A DNA stretch of 64,000 nt from Tubiluchus corallicola (taxonomy: Eukaryota; Animalia; Priapulida): positions 62,001-126,000 of the forward strand of contig JAQGDQ010000014.1 in the NCBI GenBank assembly GCA_030141605.1, written 5' to 3'. A program made the position numbers and the translations under genes. This document shows, piece after piece, positions 1 through 13,000 of the stretch; position 1 is the stretch's first letter; each line of letters opens with the position of its first letter. The notes beneath the pieces are model-generated. The model saw only the letters and a program-made list of their open reading frames with translations. It was not told where the DNA came from and made no database searches.

Positions 1-453
1 CATTAACTTGTTTTAGTTCAGACAAAATAAATGCACAATTTTCAGGATGCAGGCAGACTTTTTGTAAAACCTCTGTGAATGACCATAATGCGCCAAACAT
101 TTTCCAAATCTATTGCAGTATCATATTCAGGTAATTCAAACACAATTAAAAACGGATGTAAAATGTACTCCTTTTGCAATTTTCGTTGTTTATTGAATTG
201 AAGCTATCAATTCTTATATGTGCTCCCAATTATTAATGAGCACAGACGTAAACATCAAGACATTCTTAATTAAGAAAAAAGCAATAATATCATTAATATA
301 GCAAAGAGGATGCCTTCTCTCAAAAATTGTAAGTATTTTTCACGATGAAAGTGCACTATACCAGTTCAGTTTGCGTAAAAAATTTGTTAATTTTATCAAC
401 AGTGAAAAGAGGTTTTAAGCCACGGGGCTGCACATCATTTGTCTACATATTAA

Positions 454-671
454 AAGTGGCATTTACCTAGCATCCGGAATGCGTATGCGTTATGCTTTGT
501 CAACCTGCAAAATAGCTGCAGAATAAAAAATCAATAAGAAATAACTGCAGAAAAAAATAATGCAGGATGCAGGTCTGATAACAGGTGCAGTGAAAACAAT
601 ATAAATTGATTTTATCTATTTTGCACCCCCCATAATGCATATGCATTCTGGATGCTAGGTAAACACCACTT
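454..671. mobile_element. MITE (non-autonomous DNA transposon) with about 40-bp terminal inverted repeats, copy 1
   Basis: Left arm aagtggcatttacctagcatccggaatgcgtatgcgttatg (454-493) is an imperfect reverse complement of cataatgcatatgcattctggatgctaggtaaacaccactt (631-671). A related copy is at 42572. Confidence 0.8.
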
Positions 672-735
672 TATGCAAGCATATTACTAAATTTATTGCA
701 ATGCAAATGAAATATTCTATATTTTAAATACATAC

Positions 736-1014
736 CCGATGGTTCTCCAGGTGTAGTATAAGTTACATGTGTCATCTTCACAGTTGGTTTTGGTTTTGGA
801 GCGACTTTAGGTGACTCGGGCTTGGGAGAAATTCTAGGCAATTCTTGTCCTATTTTTGCGACATTAACTGGTTTAGGTGGAACTTTGGGCGATTCGGCTT
901 TTGTCACGGGAGCTATAAGAGGTTTGGGAGGAACTACAGGTGACTCTGCAGGCTTCACTGGTGGTGCCACATTCTGTCTCGGAGCAACTTTGGGTGATTC
1001 GGTTACACGTGATG
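736..1014 (-). CDS. dlg1: dlg linker exon, 279 nt, Pro/Lys-rich with repeated ESPKV(A/P)PKP units
   Basis: cacttag acceptor, CGG|gtatgt donor, phase 1 to 1. Lies within the ORF 671..1054. Confidence 0.8.
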
Positions 1015-4000
1015 CTAAGTGTAATGGATATATAAGCGTAAAACAGAAATCCATTCACCATGCACAATAAACTATCAACTACAAATGAGGAGCCTAATTT
1101 TCGGTTTTCAGTTTTTAATGAATGTTAAAAAGGCCTCCTAAACTGTATGGAGACATATCACTCGTAGCATCTTTGTAGACATGCTAACTTATAAATGTAG
1201 CTTTTTGCACAATCAAAAGTTCACTATCAAATTTCACTAGTTCACAAAAAACTTGAAAAAACGAAAACCGAAAATGTATATTCTAAGAACAAACTACTAT
1301 ATATTCATCCAAGCAATCAGGCACATATGCAACATATTAGAATGTGTAGCTATGCACACGAACATGGTAAGAGACAACATACATATGAGTTAAATTAAGA
1401 AAATCAGTAATTCAATAGGTGATGATTCAAATCAGACATAAAAAATAGCAAAAGAAATATCTTATGCAATGTAAGTTTATAAGAGACCAGTTGACCCTGC
1501 TCTGCAAATTTAATAGTTTCTAGAATTAGTGATAAAAATTTCATGCTGTTTTTTTAGTGTAATGCATAGTTTAACTTTCAGATTATCAAGCATGTGTTTA
1601 ACAAGCTGCAACAGAAACAGTGGAAAAAGCAAATAATAAAATACAGGCCCACTAAACCTATTTATTAATCCTTCCTCTAACTGTATGGAAAATGAAAATA
1701 AGTATATTGAGGTAGTTTTCGCTTGTAGCCAAAAAGCACAATGCATGTACTGTGAAAAAGTTGATGTTCATTCATTAATATTATTCAATAGTTAAACTTA
1801 ATAATGTAATTGTGTTGTTTCCTGTCTATCAATTACTGAGAACTTGATAATACCAACCTTGCACAACCGCAGGTTGTGGCGCTGATACAGGAGTTTCTGG
1901 CTTTGACAGTGACTCCAGAAATAAAGCTATACGGCAAAGTATTAATACGTTATAATATCACACACAGCAATAGAGCAGATGCTGATTAATCAATTAGACA
2001 GTATTATGAAGCCGGCAAATTTATCCACAACGTAAATAATTTAATAAAAATGTTTATAAGCGCGTAAGTACAGAAACACCACAAATAAAAGAAAATGGCA
2101 AATCGCAACATTATAAAAAATTAAAATGCTCTCAAAAAGCACAATTCGGAAGACTACAGCCGCAACTTTTTAGTCAGTAAATTTCTATGTGGTATTACAC
2201 TTACGTAGTCAGTTTTGGGAACTTAAAACCTGTTTAATTTCAAGCATGCAGACTCTAGTAGTTAATTCAGATAATGAATAAGCCATGAATAAGGATTGAA
2301 AATCATAGATTATAGAGAGTGTAACTTGCATTAAAAAGCGAAATACTTAAAAGGTTAATTGAAAACGAGCAAGTTCAATATTTTTTGATCATATATAAAA
2401 ACTAACAATTTTGGTAAGAATATTGTAAACATTTATAACCTCCAAGTCCTGTAGGTCCGGCTTCAACGGGTTTACCTGCAACTACTTTGGGAACTGTAAG
2501 ACAAGCAGACAACACTCACATGTATGTTGCAAGACACCACCAATGCAAGATTTAAATATGAAAAAACAACATTGCACAGCACAGCTGCAAGTCCATGGCA
2601 TTCAAGCAATAATATAGCAAGCATCTATAGCGTTTCTTTATCTATTTCTTGATTTACCTTTAGATTTCTTCTCCCACTAGAGACCATCTATACTTTACAG
2701 ATTACATAGCTATACAAAATGAGGATTTTTAATAGTTTTTAGACAATACGCCGCCAGATTTCTGTTTCAGAAGTGGGTCATTGGAGGGACTTCATATATC
2801 TGGTTATCGCAAAGGAGAAATGAGAAGTTGGAAGTAATTAGATAAATAAGGGAATCACGAAGAAAAGATTCATTAATTAATTTCTAGATTTGCCTTACCT
2901 GCTGGTGAACTAACTCTGTTCTGTTCAGTTTTGTCTGCAAATAACAAAATGACATTAGAATAAGTTTCAAGGATAATTAATCTTATTATCTGTATTAATC
3001 TTATTAATAACAAGATTAAGTACACAATTCTATTAGCACCCAGCTCAATCAGCTTCAGAATTCAAAGTACTACAGGAAAAATGAGCATAAAATTGTCAAG
3101 TTATGGAATAAAATTCACATTTGCAGCGAGGATATAATGAGATAACACCGAAATCTCACCTTGAACAGGAGGAGGTGTCGATGCAATCACTGGAGGTGGA
3201 ATTCCATCTTCCAGTCCTGGAAAGCTTCCCGTCGGTTTGGCAACAACCAGTAGCACACGATCGTGTGTCGCTTTTAAGACAGCAACGGCTTCCTCATGAG
3301 TCACTGAATCCATGTTCTTTTCTCCGACCTGAGCAAATGCAATGAATCAGAATCACATAAGCCATAATTATGCTAATGGCGATAATGTATTTGATGATAC
3401 AGCATGTGATAGTAAGCGCACACCAGGAGTCCATAAACTCATTACACAGTTTTTAGCAAATAAGCTTTTCGGGATTTCAGCAACTGACAACGATCATGAA
3501 AGTGTCAAAGGTTATGTGATAGCACAATATAAAGTTAGTAATGAGTTTGTGTACATGCAAAACACTACGTTTTGCTATACTATTTCAGAAAAGAGCAACA
3601 TGTTAGATTTAGATGTTTGCTGCTAATCAAAAATTTAGTGTAGTTTATCCGATATGTTGTTTTATTTTATACGCAAAACTTACATTATGTGTTTGTGTCA
3701 TATTGTTGGACTTTTAATAGTGTTTCCTAGTGTAAACACACGTTATAGTTTGGTATACGCGGCTAGTCCTGCCCACATAGCATGAACCCAGGGCAGGTTC
3801 TAGGCTAAATTTTGACCTACAACTCTAAAACGCAACTGTGTAGGCACACGATGAAACTGCAAATGCTTATTCGCTGCAAGACGTTTACAAATTTAATGCA
3901 GAGGCGAAACGGCACAAAACAAAACATATAAGAGTAACAGTCTTTAAATAAAATCATTCAAGGTAGAACAGACTATGTTCACAGACATCACTAAACAAAT

Positions 4001-7000
4001 GAGAAATTAACAAAATTTATTTGATGGTTTTAACTAAGAACAAGTTTAGTTTTGCTGACATTGTATCACGCATATTTTAAGCAATTACCAATTGTAAACA
4101 GTTTACTGTACACAGTTTACTGAGTTTTCACACAAACAAGTTCAACATCTTACTGCAAAAAGCCAACAGAACATACTTCGTTATAAAGTCATCATACAAG
4201 TTTTTAATTACAGAGTTGACAACGTGACATGTACTCAGCAAAAAATGAAACTTACGTAAAGAAGCTTGTCGCCCACTTGCAATCGACCATCCTGTTGAGC
4301 TGCGCCACCTTCAATAATCTTCGTCACGAAAATTCCATTATCACCAGGTACATGCTGATTGCCAATCCCACCAGCTATGCTGAAGCCAAGTCCTAATCAC
4401 CACATTAATAATAATTTGAAATATCAAGAACATAAAATCAAGTAACGTGCATGCTAGCTTGTAAATGAAAATTTATGCTTATACTTGTCAGTGTTCTTCT
4501 TCATCATCATAATGTTATTAAAGTAAAAAAGCATTTCATGAAGCTTTGTCAAAAAATGTTTAAAGAGTCAGAACTAGATTTTCTGAAAAATAAAACTACA
4601 AGCACAACAAAAAACAAATTAATGAAGCCACTGACTCTGTTGTATTTATGCGATAACATCAACAGTGAGAAGAAAGCAAAAAAAAAGAAATAAGTTTCTG
4701 TCAAAGTGCGTTACCAATGCAATATATGACTACCTTTATTTCCCTTGACAAGTTCAATTCGCTGAATATTCTCTGGTGGCTTCTTCCGTCGCTTAACTCC
4801 CTACAGTACAGGAGCAATTAAAAATTGACATGGTCTACATCTAATCTGAACATCATATTTAAGGCTGATGAGTTCAATTAAGTTAGCTGACAAGGATCCA
4901 GTAGTCACTAGTCAGTGATAAAATTAGAAATGTAATGGTAGTTTATGTATGGTAAAGAACTTGCGCACAAGACATTTTTAAAATATGACAACAATAGTTA
5001 CAATAATCCTGTCATGCTGTTCCTGAATTGACATAAACTGTTGCAAGGGTATAATTTGGATGGGGCGTAAAGAAATTAAGATAGTATGTGAGATTGACAA
5101 ACTACCATATTTAAGCTACTTGCCCATGCAATTATTATTTTAATTTTAATTTTTGAATATAAGTTTTTTAAACAATATCTGAATTGCTTTACATTGTATA
5201 AAAACTTATATGTCTATGTATATGACTGGAAAAAGGCAAAACTGAAATGGACAAACAGCCGCTTAGTTTTAGTCTATAAAAGATGCGTGGTATATAGATT
5301 GTATATACATTATAAACATAAAAAACAGTTCGATTTCTAAGATTTTAGGCAGGTCACACAACTTTAGATATGGAACTCTGTGCTCTTCAGAATGGGAAGT
5401 GAATACCATATGTATCTCATTCATATGCATGTAAGGAAAATCTAGTAGGACAAATAGTGCCTTACTTGCAAACTTACCAAGGTAACCGTGGACCCTGCTT
5501 TTTTGAGCGCATCAACAGCTGCAGAATGAGGCACATCACAGGTGTCTATAGCATTGACGTGCAGTATGATATCATTTACACTGAAAACAACTTCAATTAT
5601 ATATTTATAAAAAAAATTTGCTTAACTGAAAAATAGAACAATCTAGCTACAATTGAAGCAAGTTGCAATTATTAATACCATTTAACAGCAAAAGAATTAC
5701 AGCAAGTACATTATTTGTTTACTAGCCAAACTCCCGCAAAAAATTCTGCGCATAAACTCACAACAACAACCCATACCAAACCACCCACACCACACCACAC
5801 CACCACGCACCATCCCACTCACACCACACCACACCACACTAACCCACCACTTCACTCACAACACACGACCTACACCATACCACAACATCACACCATCCAC
5901 ATCATAGCACACCACCCACGCCACGCCACACCACATCACCCACACCACTCTACCAACACCACACCACACCACACCCACCCTACCATCCCACCCCACCACA
6001 CTATCCATAGCACACCATTCACAGCACACACACCACACACACACTTCATATGGTGATCATGATGTTGATGACTATGATGATGATCACAGCGAAACCATTC
6101 AAAATATTTTGCACAAAGTCGAAACTGTGTGCTATAGCAAATGCCCTTAAACCCATTTACCAATGATCACTAATGCGCGGACATTCAACAAAGTTTTGTT
6201 TGCTGCTTTTAAGATGATAATAAGCTAACAGAACTTATATATACAATCTATAACACTGTAGAATGACGGGTGGAGATAATGCCTGGAACAGCCACGAAAT
6301 TTCTCAAACCCAAAGACAATGGATGTTCCAAATAGCATGCAGCATAAGGGGGTAGAAAAAGAACTTCAAAATATACCCCTCCCGTTTCATCCAGTATACA
6401 TCGCTCCTAGTGAAAACACCGGAATTTGGTAGACCGTTTCGTCCTCTTTCTGCGAGAGCGCCGTATTGTTATTATTTTTTTTATTATTATTATTTTTTCT
6501 TAACCTGCCTAAACAGTTGCACAAATTCAGTTTTTCTAGAGGCTGTTTGAGTAGTTTTTAGCAAAATTTGTGTGGTTGGGTTCGGGAAAATGCCCATAGC
6601 AGGTATTACTGGCCCTCCCGCAAAATCTAAATATGACTATTACACCCACCATTGAACAGGCTTTTCAACCATTACCAGCACCGCCCCCGGCACATTCCCA
6701 TTCTCTAGAAATAAGAGGTATAAGTTTTGCAAATTTTTCGAAAACGGTCAAAAATGGCCATTTTTGGAGGTTTTCACCCCCGGTTCTTCCCGTGGGGCCC
6801 GATTTGAAAAATAAACCCCCAGGTATGAACCTGTGGGTGGAGACTTTTTGTTTGCCGTATAGATCATCGAGAATAGTGCTGTCGTCGGAGCTGTAGCCTC
6901 ATCAGTTGTACATCCATATATATAGATACACCACCGAAATTAATATACTTACGATTTCTACAATAATTCCAACAATCAATTATATTAATATATACTTGTA

Positions 7001-10000
7001 ACTCATATCAAATGTGTACTAACCTACAAAAGCTTTCAGGACAAAATTCAAGAATATAAAGGAACCGCACGACTTTACTAGTATTCACGAAGAAAGAAGT
7101 AAAAGACTTTCGTCTCTCAAGGTATTAATGTAATAAAATTATAGTTAATTTTAGCTACCATAATCGTCCATCGACAGCAGCTGCTCCACCTGGTATCAGC
7201 TTCGTAATATAAATGCTAGGGTCATCACCAATATGGGGATTGTCTGTGCCTCCCGCAATGCTAAATCCCAAACCTGTGCTGCCCTGCAATCAGATTATTA
7301 CAAGGCATTAATTAAGTTGTAGTCATATTATTTTTACTACATTAAATTAATATGGCACAAAGGAAATTATGCCACATTAAAAGAGCAAAAATTATTTCAG
7401 CTTTCCAGCTGAAAATAGAGAACCTGATGATGAACCCTTCTAATACACTAATAAATAAATAGGCAAAGCAGAAGGCGCTGCACAAAATGTATAAATTGTT
7501 TTGCTGCTTAAATGCAAAATGAAAATCTAGAAGTCTTTAATAGAAAGTGACATGGCACATTGTGTACACGTTACTACTAATCCAATGCATTGTGAGTGTT
7601 TTTTCTTGCAAGTTATAATGTTAAAAAAGACAATATGTATTAAACTGGGCAGCTCTGTTTTTTCAGTCGACCATGTACAAATGTCGGTTAGCAAGTCTAC
7701 GCCTTAGCACAGTTTTGGTAATAGTTATGTACAGGAATTCGTTCTCATTAAGAAATTCTGCTGCATTTTTCAGGCACAAGACGGTCATAATAATCAGAAT
7801 TTTATTTGTCAAATTCTGACCCTTTCTGAGATGAAAAGATAATATAAACAGTTTATAAATTTGACATTTGTCCCCATACTCACCCTTTCCAAAACAATTT
7901 CTTCATATTCGAATTCGTCATCCCCAGTAAGCTGTAAAACGATAAGAATTAAATTCAGTAAACATAATCCAACTTAACAAGTTTTTGTACTTGCAGAATA
8001 TGTACACTCAACAAGTCAACAGCGATTTTGTCATTGTAAACTTAACCAATAATACAATTAAAAGGCAATGCAGAACGATTCCCTAGTGTAATGGTCTTTT
8101 AATTTTATTTAACCAATTTCATACCTAACCAGAATAAGGAGCCGTTATTAACAGAATGTCAGACGACTTCACATCGGTTTCCAGTCACATTATGTGCTCA
8201 AAGCACGCAGCCTAGATAAACATTTCCCAATCAAGCAAAGTAAATCCCACAATTTTGCTAAAAGCGCTAGAGTGCCACAAAACAGCAAATGAATATAATT
8301 TGGAATGAGATTTACAGTTCTGTAACCATAAGCAGCTATTAATCAGACCTGATGGCAAAACTAATAGTTATGCGTCTCACATCAACCTCGCACGCGTGAA
8401 TTTAATGTGATGTAAAAATCTAGGTAATATATATGCAAGGGTCTAAGCAAAGCCTGAAAGAATTAAGACTTAGTAGTGACTTTACTGGTTCTAAAAATTG
8501 AATAATATTCGAGCGTTTATTCTAGGTAAGTTAAGCATACAATGCAAGTATAAACAGGTCATTTTGCGTATTATTAATAGGCACAAATGATTCTGGTTAG
8601 GTTTGATATTGGTAAATCTCAAGCTTGGCATCGATACATTTCTGCATAAATTTCTATTATGCACAAGCTTCGTGGTTTGACAAACTGCGACGTATACAAA
8701 AATAAAGATGCAAAGATGTCAGTTAACTACTTAATGTCAGTTAATGTTTTATAGCACTGTAACAGTAAAAATAATCAAATTTATTTATGCACTTTTCAAA
8801 TTCACTACATTTTTTATAGGCTAATGAGTAATAAAAGCAGCTTTCTAAGCGCTATAGTAACTTCATTTTATTTAAAATATAATCTACAGTTCAAAAATGA
8901 CTGAAATTTACTGGATGAAACAGAATTTATTGCTATAAAAAGGCAAGTGTAATTAATTACTGTATTAATTATTATCTAGAATAGCTTAGTAATTGTTAAA
9001 TTCAGATTAATTTTGACAAACAGTAACATGCAAACATTTCATTGTATTACTATTATGTTCCCACAATACAGTGTTCTTTGGCAAACAAAAGTTAAACCTT
9101 CCTCAAATTTTAAGCAGCTAACTTTTCACTGATTTTCTGCCTAAATGGAAGAAACTTCTTTGACTAAAAGTTCAAATTATATTTATACCATCGTAACCAC
9201 ATCACAAAATGTCTAAAAAATGATGCAAATCAAATGTGAAGAATTCATGCTATGACAAAAACAGCAAGTTCCATTCTACTAATGACGCTGTTTAAAAAAT
9301 CGCAAGTTTTGATCATACAATTTAAAAATGAACATAAACCTGTATGAAGCAATTGTCAAGTGCTATAATCAACTAAAGACAAGGCAGAAAATCTGCAATG
9401 ACTAACTATGTTTAGCAAATGCGCTGGCAAACAATGACATACTAATTCATTGTTTAAATCCATTTAATTTTATCTTTCTAACATGTCAAAGTTTTTTGCT
9501 TTGTTTGCTTATTTTAAGTTATTTTGCAATTGTAAATTAGCTTTCTTTTTTGTATTTCTACTTATTTTCTTTACGTATTATTTCAGAATGTTTGTACGAT
9601 TTTTGTGTATAACTGCAAATTTTTATGTTTGTGTTCTTGCATGTATTTATTTTTCTTAATTTTAAATTTAAAACCACCAATCAGGACCTTGTTGTAAACG
9701 AGCTTTGCTCAATCAAGTTATCCAGAATAAATATCTTTCTTATCTTATCTTATCTTATCTTATCTTATCTTATCTTATCTTATCTTATCTTATCTTATCT
9801 TATCTTATCTTATCTTATCTTATCTTATCTTATCTTATCTTATCTTATCTTATCTTATCTTATCTTATCTTATCTTATCTTATCTTATCTTATCTTGTAG
9901 AGATCTTCAAATTGTAATGTACCAAAAAAACTGAATTTACAGAATTACCATGTTGCACAGGGCCAGCAAGGAAAATTTATTTACCACGCAGGTCCACATA

Positions 10001-13000
10001 TGCTGTCATATTACTGAAAATAATTTGCATACCGAATTTCCATTGCTAAGATATTTTTAATTAGCATTGTTTGGCAGTAAGTTGAAAATAATGAAGACGT
10101 ATTTAAAATGCATTTAAGCACTGGCTGATCATAGCAATGCATGTGCCAAGTGCAGCTTGTTAACATACACCAGAAAGAGACAGACCATGGGAAAAGCATA
10201 CGGCATGGCTCTGAAAACTTTGTAAAGAAATGCCATTTAGTAATTAGGTAATAAAGTTCCAGAAAAGACACTGCACTTAACGCAAGTTACATAGAATGAA
10301 ACTTGAAAGAGACTTGAATTAAATTGACCTTCTCTGTCTGCCGATTTTGCAAATTGAAATGAAATTCAACTAACTATGATTCAAACACAATCGCCTGTAC
10401 AAGTACAAACAGGTCATTTTGCATATTATTAATAGGGACAAATAATTCTGGTTAGATTCAATATTGGTAAATCTCAAGCTTGGTATCGATACATTTCTGC
10501 ATAAATTTCTATTATACACAATCTTTGCGGCTTGACAAAATGCGGCGTACACATAAGATGCAAAGATAAAACACTAATAAATTTGATAATGTCAGTTAAT
10601 GTTTTCTAGCATAAATACATGTATTTTTATGTAAACTGCGTGGATAATTAATCTTGTTTAGCAAATTATTGTGGTATTTAAATGTTAAAATATTTTTCAC
10701 AATTTGTGTTTTGTATTTATACATTAATTCAGTTTTCAACTGTGTGTTGTTTTAATAAACTTGCTTACTACTTACTAATATTAACTAATGCCAAAGCAAT
10801 TCCATTGGCTAATTCACACAAACCGTAAACGTTAAGACTTTCACTTCCACACATAAATCATGCAATTCAAACAAACATTCATTTTCCACGCTCTTGGTAC
10901 ATGCATAATACTTACGAATTTATCAACGTTTTCAAGTAAAGGTGTTGTCTGAGCCTGCCAGGAAAAGAAAATTAGGCAGAGTAAAGACAGTGACAGTAGG
11001 TAAACCGAATAATTTCGAATTTTCACACATGCTGTTGGCTTAAAATTGTCAGTATTTTAGACTCCTCTGTAATTTCGAAACAGTCCCACTCAAACGAACG
11101 CTAGAGGGCCTATTAAACTTTAATTATACATGCCACTGTTATTAACATAATATAACTGCTTCATTAGAGCATAACCTCCTAAAAACATTAATAAGACCAT
11201 TGCTGTTGCTGTGGGATTGAGTTGCTTCTAGTTTTTTTACAGGTATTCCACCAGTTTTAGTATGTTCACTGAATGAAACTATAATTTCATAAAAACTTTT
11301 CGCCAAATCACAGATAAAAGAAAGGTAACATGTTTCCGAGCAGGCCATTAAATACCAAGTTTGCGTTTTATAAGTTCCCAAAATACTGTTCGTTACCCTG
11401 GGGACCTCAACGTGAATGGAGAAGCGTTGTCAGTAAATATTAGCAGTAGTAGCCTAAATGCAACGTTTTACCCAGGCCTGGTTTATCTATTGACAGAGAA
11501 ACATATAGAGTAAAACGTGCGGTTCAATATTTTCTAGAAAACTTTACAAAACTACACCATTCTGTACTTACTTGATCATCCTGTCCTTGCCAGCTGTCAT
11601 TGCTCTGAAAAATAAAAGTTATTTTTTTAACTTCTATACTCTCAGACAGCATCTGTACAGCGTGTACGCCTGAAATCATACACATCAAATGAAATTGATT
11701 ATTAAAAATGCTGCACGTTTTGTGTGGTTGCCATACATAATCAGAGAAGCCAGGTCCTCACATGGAGTTTTCATTATTATTGAACATAAACAACCCCCAA
11801 ACTCTTGTTCTTGCATAGAATTATGCTATTAGAAGACAGTGATTTTGAAAATAAAAGAGAGAAAAACATGTTCAGGAAAAAGTGTGAGCATGTTCATTAC
11901 CACTGTCGTCATAGTCATTGTTATCGTTGTGATTGTTATCAGCATCGTCAGACGTGGTGATGTAGATGGTGATGAAAACACTGACAGCAATGCAACATTG
12001 ATCACAGTCATAAGGATGGTCGCATTCTGTTTGTCTGAACCTGTTTTTTCATTTATTTTTCAAAACCATTTGCCTCTAATAACATATCCTTTGCGTGAAT
12101 AAGGATCCAGCTAGACGTTTTTTGTATTACCAGTGTATGTAATTAATATTTTTATATATGTATGAAAATAAACGTGAAAACACCAAACATGATATAGAAG
12201 TAGCCTTGTGTAGTCGTGAGCTAAAATGCCTTGTATTTAACAGGCTGTGTTCCCACAAAACAAAGTCAAGTGGGACCGAATCCTGAACAAGGTGCTGAAT
12301 AATAAAGAAGCTATTGTGACTGTCGTCAATTTAGGACAAAGTTCTTGCACGTCACAAGGGAGCAGAGGCAGATCTGCCTGCACGAAATAAAAGTATTTTG
12401 CAGAAATTCAGAACAGATACTGTGAGGTATCATTTCGTGAGCGACGTTATTATCCAATGCCCTATAACTGTTGGCAAAATTCAATTAAAAATTTCACTAA
12501 TCTACATGTGATAAGTCTCACCAAGAAATTGTAGGTTCAACGTATTTTGTCAATAGTCAAATTCATCAAAATAGTATACTGCTTATACGTGTACCATAAA
12601 CAGACTATGGCATACAAAATAATTATATAAAACACGCCTGCTTCGTAATTTATGATGTTAATGCTAGACTACATATGCACATTGGGGCAAACATGGGTTA
12701 TATCACACAACTACAAGCAAATCTTAATTAAAATTAGAAGAAGAGTCATTAGTTACAATAGTTCTGTGAAGTAACTTTCAACGTTTTCTTGATTTTTTAT
12801 GAAGCAAATCAATGCACATTTAATCGCTTAGTTACAGGCCGTCATTATATAAAAAAATAAAAGAACCTTGGACAAGAAAAATAAAAACGCCGTTTAAGAT
12901 GGATTGGGCATATGCTTAGACTACCTGATGATATTCCAGTGAAGATAGCTGGATTATAGTGAAGATATTTAGATTTTCAACAAGCCATAGAACCAGCTAA

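Noticed and set aside
2658-2676. 19-nt ag...gtaaat microexon candidate in the linker region
   Set aside because: Weak acceptor, not frame-preserving, and contains an in-frame TAA.
5715-6163. His/Thr/Pro-rich and Val/Trp/Cys-rich ORFs
   Set aside because: Translation of a CA-rich low-complexity tract.
9625-9917. (LILSY)n ORFs
   Set aside because: Translation of the (TCTTA)n microsatellite.
10370-10552. Frame open in both copies of the 8.5k/10.4k duplication (possible mutually exclusive exons)
   Set aside because: Differences between the copies are mostly non-synonymous, and there are no good splice sites or homology.
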